Source of the DNA: Diplonema japonicum
Taxonomy: Eukaryota; Protista; Euglenozoa: Diplonemea
Assembly: GCA_964019335.1 (NCBI GenBank)
Contig: OZ025662.1
Coordinates: 434,001-498,000 of the forward strand
Reading direction: 5' to 3'
DNA: 64,000 nt
Numbering within the stretch: the stretch's first letter is position 1; each line of letters starts with the position of its first letter. The notes below the pieces were generated by a model. That model was not told the origin of the DNA and did no database searches. It saw nothing but the letters and a program-made list of their open reading frames with translations. Position numbers and translations under genes: made by a program. Of this stretch, positions 45,464 to 56,339 are shown piece after piece.

Positions 45464-46194
45464 TATAAAAAATATATATCGAATACAGGAAAGACTTAAG
45501 AAAAGAAAAACCTTAACAAACCAAATTTACCCTCAAAGAAGTAGGGCTTGTTCCAAACTTTGCAGCTGACAGACTACAGGCTGGTAAAACTTCTTTTTAA
45601 AAAAAAAAAAGGTTTATAGTCCCCTCCCCCCCCCTCCCCAAATCAAATGTGCGAAATATTTTTATTCTTCCTCGCGTTAGTCACACCTTTTTTTACCCAA
45701 ACCCCTCTTTTTTTTATTTCTTCTCCTTTATGAAATCTAAAGGTGAACCTGAATGCAATTTAATTCCATGTCCCCCCCCCTCCCACCCTGTTCCTGAACC
45801 GAGGGTATTATCATAAAAAAAAGAATAGAGAAAAATACTACTTTTTTTTCCTTCCCTTGCGCTCCCTTTAAAAAAGTTAAATCCACGTAGGCACCCCCTC
45901 CTCCTCCTCCTCGGTGTTGTTACTTATGTGCTGCAGGTTTGCCTTGAGTAGGGAAGAGCCAAGGGCTATGGTGAAGGAAGAATTTTTTTTTTTTTTTTTT
46001 TTGCGAAATCCCCTTAAGGTTCGGATAAGAAAAACTCTTTTTTTTTTTTTTTCTTCTTTTTTTTTTCTTTCCCTCCTTCCCCTTTTCTATGTTTTTTTTT
46101 TTTACTCCTCTCAAATTTTACTACATTCTATTATACCCCAGTTTTTTTCACTCCAGAAAATCCCAAAAAAAAAGATTTTTTTTTGATTTTTTAA

Positions 46195-47967
46195 CCATCT
46201 ACCAACGGACCATTTTTGCCCACCAGGGGGTAAATTTTCAAAACTTCAAAAAAAGCTATTCTAGCGCAACGCCGGGGCTATATGCCCCCGGAAATGCCTC
46301 CAGACGTCCCAATTCTAGAGAGAGGGTGCCCACAGCAGGGCCCACCCTCACAACATTGTCAAAAATATCGTTCCTGAAGTGCCCGAGAGGGGGTACAAAA
46401 AATAAGTCAAAAAAAAATCGACTGTAAAATTCTGTAAAAAGCTATTTAAGGCCTTCTTGACGCGGTTCGTACGTGCCCCAGGGCTGGGGGACTTCTTTTT
46501 TGACCCCGAGAGGGGTTTCTGGGGGGTATCCCCGCAAGGTGGTAGTCTTTTTAGCACGGAGTCATGCAAAGTTGTACCAAGCAGGTTGAACACTGGAACT
46601 GGGGTCATTTCGACTTGCCATGCTTGCACCGCATGTTGCGCTACTTTTTCGGGGAAATGGTCCCAGAAGGTACTATCGCGGCGCATTGGGGTCTCAGGGC
46701 ACTCGTTCTGTGTTTCGGGGCATGGTATTGGGGCAGCCTGCTCTGTAGTTGACTTTAGCTGTTGTTTAGACTGCCTCCCTAGTAGCCCTTCGATGACTGC
46801 CTCTTTGAAAGGCGTGAATCCACTGTCGTTCGTACTCAGGGTGTTGGGGGGCAATGCTTCTTTCCAAACAAGCCAAGCATTTGCCAGAGATTTATCTAAC
46901 AAGTACGAAAATACTTTCAGGGAGGTGCGTTTATGGCGTTTTGTCACAGCGTCACCCAGCGTCGGTTCCGCCCATTGCGGTGTTGTAAATATGCACTTGG
47001 TGGGGAGTGGGATGTCCTTTCATTCTCTTTTGGCCGACACGTCAAATTTGACTTCACCAGAACATCCAACGTCGACAGAAAGCGCACAGGCTTGATGTCA
47101 TGCCACGTTGTGGTGCAAAGGATGCTCACGTGCTGGTGGAACTGGGTGTCGCCACAGGATGCGTGTCCTTGGGCTTGCGGCCTCGCTTCTTTGCATCCGT
47201 GATCTCCGGGAGGCCTTTGCGATAGAAGTCAGCACGCTTGTTTGTTTCGCTGTGGAAACACAGATTTCCCAGAATAGTCAAAAAGCGGTCTCTTGACATG
47301 ACGGTGGCGTACCCAGGGGTGTGGTTGAGAGACGTGGAGCCAGCGCGCCAGTAGTCAGAATAATCTGGCATGATATCCAAGTCCATCGACAAAAGGACAC
47401 CTAGGAAGGTACGCAAAGAAGCAGCATTGAGATCCAGGGAAACACCTTTTTTAGCCGCATTTGCCACATTGTTCGAAATTATGACCCAAATAACGTTTGG
47501 GGCGAGCATTTGGGAGAATATATGGAATGGCGTTGAGCCTCTGATGTCAAAACAGGGTCCACAAGGGTTCCGATCTTCACGAAACCGGATGCCTTCCAAC
47601 CGCTCCGGCTTTGCCGTCCAATCACCCTGCTGTGACTCGGAATCGGTCGAATTCGTATCAGAATCACTGTCCGCAGCAAAATTGCATAATAGGGATGAGC
47701 CATCAGTGCTACCATCACTCATAATGTCCTCGGCCTCTTTCTGGGCACCCTTTTTTGAAGTGATTTTTAAGGGCAAATTTGGGCTGGCGTTTTTTTTTTC
47801 TTTTTTCTTTTTCTTGTTAAGTTAGGGCAGCATTTAGTTTATATTTTTCATATTTTCCGCGCAGGACCCCGGATGCGAGAAGTGTCCGGGCTGTATTGCA
47901 TTGAAAGCCCTTTGCGCAAAAGATTTTTTTTCAAATCGTCTCTATAAAGACGCTCGTTGGTAGATGG
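46195..47967 (-). mobile_element. piggyBac-superfamily transposon, internally deleted
   Basis: TTAA|CCATCTACCAACG ... CGTTGGTAGATGG|TTAA. Minus-strand PGBD-type remnants: 'TPFHIFSQML', 'LRTFLGVLL', 'DYW...TPG...MSRDRFLTILGNL', 'WHDIKPVRFLST', 'KVFSYLLDKSLANAWLVW...FKEAVIEGLL'. Confidence 0.92.
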
Positions 47968-49102
47968 TTAAAGCAAATTTGCCATTTTTTTTTTCCTATC
48001 AAGGGTACTGAATGAAGTAAAATTGGGGTGTGCAAAAAAAAAAAAAAAAAAAAAAAAAAATGGGGCTTTGATTGCAACACTAGGTGGCGTTAAGCGTGCA
48101 ACGAAGCACGAAATACCTACTTGATTACAGGGGGCGCTCCTCGGCCGAGCAGTAGCTTCTTAAAAAAAAAAATACCTTATTCACGTCCAATGTATTTTCT
48201 GCCGCTCTCTTGAAAAGAAAAAAATAATTTCTTCGAGTGATTTTTTTTTTTGATTCACTGAAAGTGACATAAAATTCATTAACCGTTGTGAATAAATTGC
48301 TATTTATTTTTCTTTAAAAAAAACCCCCCCAAGAGAGAAGTTAGAGAATGGAAAAAAAAAAGAAATTGAGAAAGGATGTTTCATGGTCCCGTCCATAAAT
48401 TCTTTTTTCTTTTTTTCTTTCTTACCCCCCCCCCCCCAACCAGGCTATGTTGTCAAGAAGCGGGGAAACGTTTCCGTTTCCGTTCCCCTATTTCAAAAAG
48501 AAATGCTTGGAAACGCGTTTCCTTGCCAACATAGCCGCTGTCCCTGCACCCGTCCGGTGCACACCAATCGACGCGAAACGTATTCATTAAAAAAAAAAAA
48601 AAATGCAACAGTCGTGCAGGAGACAGAATGATTTTTTTTTTTTGGTTGTTAACTTCTATGGGTTTCCCTCTTATATGATTGTTCCATTCTTTTTTTTTTT
48701 TATATTTTTTTTCTCCCCCTCCCTCTAGCTTTTCCCATTATATATATATGATGAGTATCAGGAAACGAAAATATAGTTTGGAAAGCCTGAGTAAGAGATT
48801 GGAGGGGAAAAAAAAGTTTTTTTTTGGAGGAAAAGCCCTTCGATCCCCCCCACCCCCCCCTACCATATTCTTCTCTCCAATATGCTGTGGTCACACGCCA
48901 CCAAGGCTGCTAGACGACAAAAAAAAATATTTCAATTCAAAAAAAAAAAAAAAAAAAAAGCCCCGTTTTTTTCTTTTTTTTCCCTTTTTTTTTTTGTTCT
49001 GTTTCATTTCCCCCTCGGTTTTTTTTTTTTTCCTTTTTTTTTTTCCTTTTTTTTCCCTATGGGAAGTCGGTTGACTAACACCATCAGCACCCATCGTAGC
49101 AA

Positions 49103-49106
<4 letters not shown>

Positions 49107-49141
<35 letters not shown>
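49107..49141. repeat. (TA)n microsatellite
   Basis: Uninterrupted TA run. Confidence 0.9.
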
Positions 49142-49144
<3 letters not shown>

Positions 49145-49213
49145 CCCCCGCACGTTTCACCCTGCCAGCAACGTTTACCCAGGCATTTAAAAAAAAAGAA
49201 AAAAGAGAGAAAA

Positions 49214-49483
49214 ATGGCTACCTTGGAGGCAGGAAAGGTATTGGACACAAAGGTAATTATCGGGGCTTGTAAAGACGCGCAGCAGATGGTGAAGGAGCAC
49301 TACTACAAGGCGTGGGACGATGCGGACAGGGAGGTGACTATAATGGACAGTGTGGGGCACGCTGTGACAAAAAGTAAATTATGGAAATTATATCATGACA
49401 GTGCGGTGATCCTGAGGAACGGAGCAGAGATCACGAAAGACACGATATGCCAGCACGTTGCGGAGATGTATGTTCGAACCAAG

Positions 49484-49517
<34 letters not shown>

Positions 49518-49803
49518 AAAAAAAAACGCAGTCCTGCTACCAAACACACCATCACCTCATTCGACGCGCAGCCTCTGCAGGACGATAAGCACAGCATGGT
49601 GTCTGTGCACGGTACATGTAAATATGGCGATGCAGTTTGCCGGTCATTTCACCAGCAACTTGTTCTTTGGAAAGACGAAACCTCACAGGTACGAAGGAGA
49701 AAGAGAAGAAAAGAAAAAAAAAAGAAAAATAATCCCAATACAGCCCACCCGATACTGGGTCATGCACGACAATATGAGATGGCTTGGTGAGGAAGACCTC
49801 TAG
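49214..49803 (+). CDS. NXT1: NTF2-like nuclear export factor (NXT1/p15-like); 3 exons
   Basis: 'YYKAWD...KLYHDSAVILRNG'. Introns 49468-49531 and 49689-49743 give 'IPATKHTITSFDAQP...VSVHGTCKYG...RSFHQQLVL...YWVMHDNMRW' (156 aa). Confidence 0.75.
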
Positions 49804-49931
49804 ATGGAAGGGGGGTGGGTAGTCTATCCAGTCGAATCGTTTTTCAAAAAATGTTTTTCTTTTTTTTTTTTTTATAAATTTTTTTTAAAACACAGGGGTA
49901 AAATCTAAATTACATAACCCCTTTTCCTCAA

Positions 49932-52900
49932 ATGAGTGTGTTGGTGCACTTGAGTATCGTTGTTGCTGTTGGTGCAGTCGAAGGTAAGGGTTGCAAGGGG
50001 CAGCTCACCGGTGCCGCATGTAAGGCGACACAGTGCCACATAGGGACAAGGTGTGTGTGGGATGGTGGGGTGTGTTCTTGTCCAGAGTCATGCAGTGAAC
50101 TGACAGCTGCCGACACGTGCAGTGGGGCAGTGTGCCCCGAGAACCCTCGCAGCTTGTGCTACTGGAATGGGAAGAATTGCGCGTGTCTGCAAGGGACGGC
50201 TTCCTGCAATGCCTACGCGTCTGAGGAGCGCTGTAGCGGGAAGCCGTGTCCTGCCGATCCCTCAAACACCTGTACTTGGATGGGCGAAGAATGTAAATGT
50301 GCTGTGCCCTCCTGCAAGCTTCACACATCTCCTGCTGAATGCACCGGCGTGTGCCCAGATGACCCTTCCAGCGTCTGCTACTGGGACGCTTCACGTAGTG
50401 CGTGCGACTGCTTTGTTAAAATGCCTCACAAGTGTTCTGATATCCGCTCTCCTTCCCTCTGCAACGGGAAGTGCCCCGAGGACCCCTCCCTCCACTGCAC
50501 GTGGGACCGTGTAAACGACTTCTGCGGCTGCGGTCACGCGCCCGACTGCTCGTTTCATGCCACCCCCGCCTCTTGCACTGGTGGCTGCCCCAACAACCCC
50601 AGCGGTACCTGCTTGTGGGATGAGAAATACGAGGCATGCACGTGTTCTGATTTTGTCAGATCCTGCCGCGACTTCACACGCCGTTCCTGTCGCGGCCGCT
50701 GCCCTCAAGACCCGACCAACGATTGTGTGTGGGACGACAGCATCCGTGTGTGCCATTGTAGCATCCCGACTCCTACGCCCACGCCTGTTCCTACCTCGAG
50801 CGCAAAGTGTTCTGATAAGAAAACCAAGAACGGATGTGTCGGAAGGTGTCCCGAGCGCCCTGGGTCCTCGTGTGCGTGGGAGGACAAGACAGGCTGCCAC
50901 TGCTTGTCGTCTGTCGACATGTGCGAGGATATCACTGTCAAGCAGCTGTGCGGTGGCCCTTGTCCTGAAGATCCTTTTGCTTCTGAGTGCGCATGGAAGC
51001 GCGTCCTGTCCAGCAGCAGCAGCAGCTTGTCACGTGCGCAGTTCATGATAGAGAAGTGTGTGTGCACCAAGAAGGTCACACCGCCGCCGACGCCATCGCC
51101 GACTGTCACTGTCAACATGTGTGCCAGTATAGTAGTGGAATCGCAATGCAAGGGAAGCTGTCCGGAAGATCGCAGTGGCAGCTGCGTGTGGAAAGAGGGC
51201 GGCTGCGTGTGCCATCAGGGGCTGGTGTCCTGCAGCGATATCAAGGATGCTGATCTTTGCGGTGGCTTGTGTCCTGAGGACCCCGAGAGCAGCTGTTACT
51301 GGTCTGGCGGCACATGCAACTGTCGGCCGCGTTCGACTGCTTGCAAGGAATACGCACTGCCATCACTTTGCAAAGGTAGGTGTCCCGAGGACCGTGACAG
51401 CATCTGCGGTTGGGACAGAGCACGCGACGAGTGTGTCTGCGTAGAGAGCGCGTTGAGAACGTGCAAGCAGCTCTTGAAGCGCTCGTGTGTTGGTGCATGT
51501 CCAGAGAACACACTGGCACAATGTGAGTGGGATGCAAATCTTGAGGAGTGCGGCTGCAAGGAACGGGCACGGACCTGTCGTGACCACAGCAAGCATAAAG
51601 ACTGTCTCGGAAAGTGCCCCGAAGATCCCAGCCACGAGTGCTACTGGGACGAGGCAGTGGACAGGTGCGAGTGTGTTGACACCCACCCTGCGTCGTGTAA
51701 TGCGATTACTGCCCTCTCGCTGTGCAAGGGGTACTGCCCAGACGACCTCTCCTCGCTGTGCAAGTGGAATGAGGTCCGTGCAGCGTGCGAGTGCGCACCT
51801 AAGTCGTGCGATCAACATACAACACCCAATAACTGCAAAGGCGTGTGCCCGCAGGATAACAAGCTGCAGTGCACTTGGGATGTACGATCTAGTAAGTGTG
51901 GCTGTGCTCCACCTTCAACAACAAGATTCTGCAACGAGCTTGCCTACCAAGATTGTGGGGGCAGATGTCCAGAGAACCCGGACGGCGGCATGTGCACGTG
52001 GGACCATGCTAGATCGAGCTGCATGTGCAGTAGCACTGCCCCTCCTAGCTGCTGGGACCACACCACGCCAAGGCTGTGCCAGGACAAGCCCTGTCCCCAC
52101 AACAAGGCGATGGTGTGCCAGTGGCGTGAGGGGGGCTGCGAATGCACCAAGAAGCGATGCAGCAAGCACACAGTGCCCATTACGTGTGTGAGTTCAGATT
52201 GCCCAGAACGTGAAGGCACGCGGTGTACCTGGGATATCAGGAGTAGGTCATGCGGCTGCCCTGAGCCCGACTGCAACGAGCGTGGTTACGACACGTGCAA
52301 GAGGTCTACGTGCCGTGCAACTGGGAAGGTGTGCGAATGGGATCACAGGGTGGGTACGTGTGCGTGCCCGCAAGAGTCTTGCAAGGGGTTCACTGAAGCA
52401 GAGAAGTGCGTCAGCAGCCATTGCCCCGAGAGCCCGAGTAGAATGTGCCGGTGGACTGGCGATGGATGCACCTGCCGTGGGCCGTCATGCAGCGACCACC
52501 CTGATGTTAAGGCTTGCATGGGCAGCAGGTGTCCGGAATGCTCAGAGCACCGCTGCGCGTGGTCGTACTTGTCGAGGTCATGTTACTGCTACACGCCGCT
52601 GTGTTCGGAGAGGGACAGGACACAGTGCCATGGGGTGTGTCCCGAGGACGCAGGGAAGGAATGTGTGTGGGATGCGAAACACGATGTGTGCAGGTGCGAG
52701 CGGAGGATCACGTCGTGCGCGGACCACACTGAGGAAGAATGCATGGCGGAGCCCGTCTGCCCGGGGGCACACACGAGGTCGCAGAGGTGTGCGTGGGACG
52801 GAAGGCAGCAGACGTGCACCTGCAGACTGGAGACAGGAGCTTGCGCGACACACACCAGTGCATATGACTGTGTGAAAAACGAATGCAAGGCAACTGGGGC

Positions 52901-53304
52901 TGCATGCGAATGGCACCCTGGTACAAGGGAGTGCAGCTGTGAACGCCCTGGGTGCGATGATCATGTGACTTACGATTCATGCATGAAAACTGCGTGCCCC
53001 AGGGACCCTGAAAGGCAATGTCACTGGGATGGCAGGAGCAACACCTGCACATGTAAACCGCATGGAGCGCCTGCAGAGTCATGCCGTGAGTATCTCTCAA
53101 CAGAAGCATGCAACGCAGCCTCATGCCCGGGCCAGCTTGGCCTTTCATGCAGCTGGGACTCCAACAAGAATGTGTGTTCCTGCAGCCAACCGCCTTCCTG
53201 CGCCCAGCACCTTGACGCGTTTTCCTGCATCTTCTCTCTCTGTCCCGCTGATCCTTCTAAGAAATGCACTTGGACAAGAACTAAACCTTACTGCCAGTGC
53301 CCTT

Positions 53305-53306
<2 letters not shown>
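49932..53306 (+). CDS. Secreted cysteine-rich repeat protein, 28 six-Cys modules
   Basis: Hydrophobic N-terminus MSVLVHLSIVVAVGAVEG. Module approximately C-x7/8-C-x-G-x-C-P-x-[DN]-P-x3-C-x-W-[DN]-x3-5-C-x-C. Two PT-rich linkers. Ends at CQCP* with no TM or GPI signal. Confidence 0.85.
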
Positions 53307-53349
<43 letters not shown>

Positions 53350-53790
53350 AACGGTATTCAAAACAAAGCTTCCTTTCGAACGAAAGAAAAGAAATGCGAA
53401 TTTAAAAAAGAGAAGAAAAAAAAAAAGAAACATGGGAAAAAAAGTGGAATCCCATTTTGCATTCAGTTTTGTGTTTTCTTCCTTTTTTTCTTCCTCCCCT
53501 CGTTCCTTCCATTCCCCTCCTAGAGCAGGGAATGGAATGGAAATATGTCACTATCTATTATCCCCCCCTACAGCTATTGATGCAGCAATACAAAGGTCCC
53601 TGGCGTGCTTTGCAAGGTTCTTTTCAGATAATGCTTTAGGGCAAGGGGGAAGGGGGGGGAGAAATTTACGTTTCTTCCCCTTCTTCCCCACACATCCCCT
53701 TTTCACGAAGAACCTCCTCAGCTCGGAGGGCCTTTTTCAAAGGGGGGCCGCACTGTAGTTGTCTTGCTTCCCTTTTCTTCTTTTTTTTAA

Positions 53791-56153
53791 GATTGGATAG
53801 AGGAGGGGGGGTGCTGGCCCAAGGCAGTCCTGACAGCTCTAGTAACGATGATCCCGAAAGGGGAATCCGAAGAACCGCTAGAACACCGCCCTATCACGGT
53901 ATCGAGCGCGTTCTACCGCCTATGGGCAGGTGCGAGGCTACCAGCAATCCTCGAGTGGCAGGAAGCGTGGATCACCCCTCTCCAGTTCGGTTTCAGACCG
54001 GAACACAGCACAGACGACCTCCTCGCCCGGGTCTGCACCAGTGTAGAAATTGCGAAGGAGTCGGGGAGGCACCTCTACGGCCTTTCTGTCGACTTCAAGA
54101 AATGCTTCGATTCAGTCCCCCATGCACTAACATTCGGACTAGTGGAACGTTTAGGTTTTAGCCGGCTCATTTTGAAACCGATTAGGTCCATTTACTCTGA
54201 CCTGATCCGCCGATTACGGTTCCCAATGGGAGTAGGCGCCCCATTCCGGACCACAAATGGGATACTCCAGGGCTGCCCGATCTCACCGATCTTCATCAAC
54301 GCGATCCTCGCCATCTTTACCAGGAAATGCACGGCGAACCCGAGGAACGCCCATCCTGTGTCGTATGCAGACGACCTCAACTTCACGTCAGCTACATCAG
54401 AAGCCGCGATACAACGCTCCGTCAACCTGCTTGGCAGCCTATGCAAGCTCACAGGGATGACCATACACCCGAAGAAAACCAGATCATTTGGGACGAAACC
54501 CAAGTACAAGGGCAAAGTACAGTTATTCGGGGAGACCTTCGACACTTCCAACAGGCTACAAATACTGGGTGTACAGGTCTACTTCCAACCCTGCAGGAGA
54601 GAGAACTCAAGGCCCTTGCAGAGGTCGAACGACTCGCCACGACCAAACTGTACCACAATCGCAAGATACAGATCATCTCTGAGAACATCCTACCGTCCGC
54701 CTTCTACGGCGTACTCTTCGACCCAATCCCTGACTCCTGGCTGGAGAAACTGAAGAAACAGATCACGTTATGTATCTGGGGGGCCCGCAACCCGATGCGC
54801 TCCTCCAGTGCTCTGCTGGGGATTGCCCACAAAGGTCACACCCTAGACCCTTACTCTACGGTGGTTTACAAGGCCATTTCAAACCTAGGGCGTCTATGCA
54901 CACGCCAGACGAACAAATCCCTCTTCGTTTCATGCTGGGAGACTTACAGGTACACGAAGGAACGGAACGGAACACCGTCGTTACCGAAAGGACCATTTGG
55001 CAATGCAGAGGTTTGGCTTCGAGACATTGGGACCAGATGGAAGGACCTTCAGACGAAAATGCTGCCGCAAGGCATACAACACCTGAAGCATGAGATCAGA
55101 ACGCTGTTGAAAGACAAGCTACGTGGCGGGTTCGCCGAAGAGCGAGAGACCTTTGGAGGGATCGAGACGGGCATCGACGAGGAGAGGACGAACCTCCTAC
55201 ACAACGAGATGGCGGTCGCCAACCCGCAGAAAGCGAGAAAGTTACTTTGTGCAATCACTGGCGCCATACTGCCCCTTCATCCCAGAGCCTACGGCGATTT
55301 GTCAGGCACACGCGAAATGCCTTGGGTGTGACGCACTCTACGACGTTAGGAATGGAACCAGCAGCCTCCTGCAGCATACCATTTGGCACTGTCCAGCACA
55401 CGCCGGCTATAGGACAGCCAACGCCGACCGCAAGTGGCTGGTGCAAGAACACAGGAGCTGGCCGAACTGCACCCAGATACACGGAATCATTACAACGGAC
55501 TCGGACATCAGCCTGCCAAGAGTCAAAGAACTCCACCTGATGCTTGCAGATATTGCAGGAAAACTCGATACGCCGACAAGCAGGTCAGGTACGCAAACCA
55601 GCATTTCTGGAATAGACCTTTCCAGCCAGGGAACCTCTTAACCCCGAAACCTCTCACTTGGTACCACAAGAACGGGCTGGCGAAGAAGTACTTCCCAGGC
55701 CTAATCCCGTTTATCCTCAAATGGCTGAAAGCCCTCAAGTGCAAGGACGGTGGGCAGGTGTCCAAGGCGGAACTTGCGGTCGACCTAATTGCAACAGAAA
55801 GGATCCACATGGATGGTGAAGACCTAGCGAGCTGGGCAAGAAAAATCGGCGGAATCCTAAGAGTTTTGGACAGGATTCACCAAAAAGGCACGGGGAGTCA
55901 CCTGATTCCAGCAGAACCTAAGAAATCAGTACACTCTTTGCGTACCCTAGGGCTCCACAGCCATTCCATCACTGGGTACTCCACTCAACCGGTCTTCGCA
56001 TCCCCGAAGGTCACCCACCCTATCCTAGAGGAACAGTTACGAACTCATTGCATCCTCAACAACTCGCTAGTTGGTTTCACGCCCAAGCTGCTGAGAAGAT
56101 ACCACGACGGGCCTAAGGCACTACCACGACAGAAGGGATCAAACACTAGATGA
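53791..56153 (+). mobile_element. 5'-truncated, frameshifted non-LTR retrotransposon (RT + zf-RVT-like knuckle + C-terminal domain)
   Basis: RT motifs 'WPKAVLTALVTMIPK', 'RPITVSSAFYRLW', 'QFGFRP', 'DFKKCFDSVPH', 'GILQGCPISP', 'YADD', 'ILGV'. Frame changes near 54585, 55270 and 55570. 'CLGC...HTIWHC'. Confidence 0.9.
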
Positions 56154-56339
56154 GTTGATTGTCGTTAGGCGATCCTGTCACATACTGCAGGTTCCCTCAA
56201 AGACATCTTTTTTTTCTTCTTCTTTTTTCTTGACACCTTTCTCTCTCTTATTACCCGGAGCCTATTTATTTATGCGTTTTACAGTATTTCTCCTCCTCTT
56301 CTGAAGTCAATAGGAAAAGAAAAAAAAAAAGAAGTAAAA

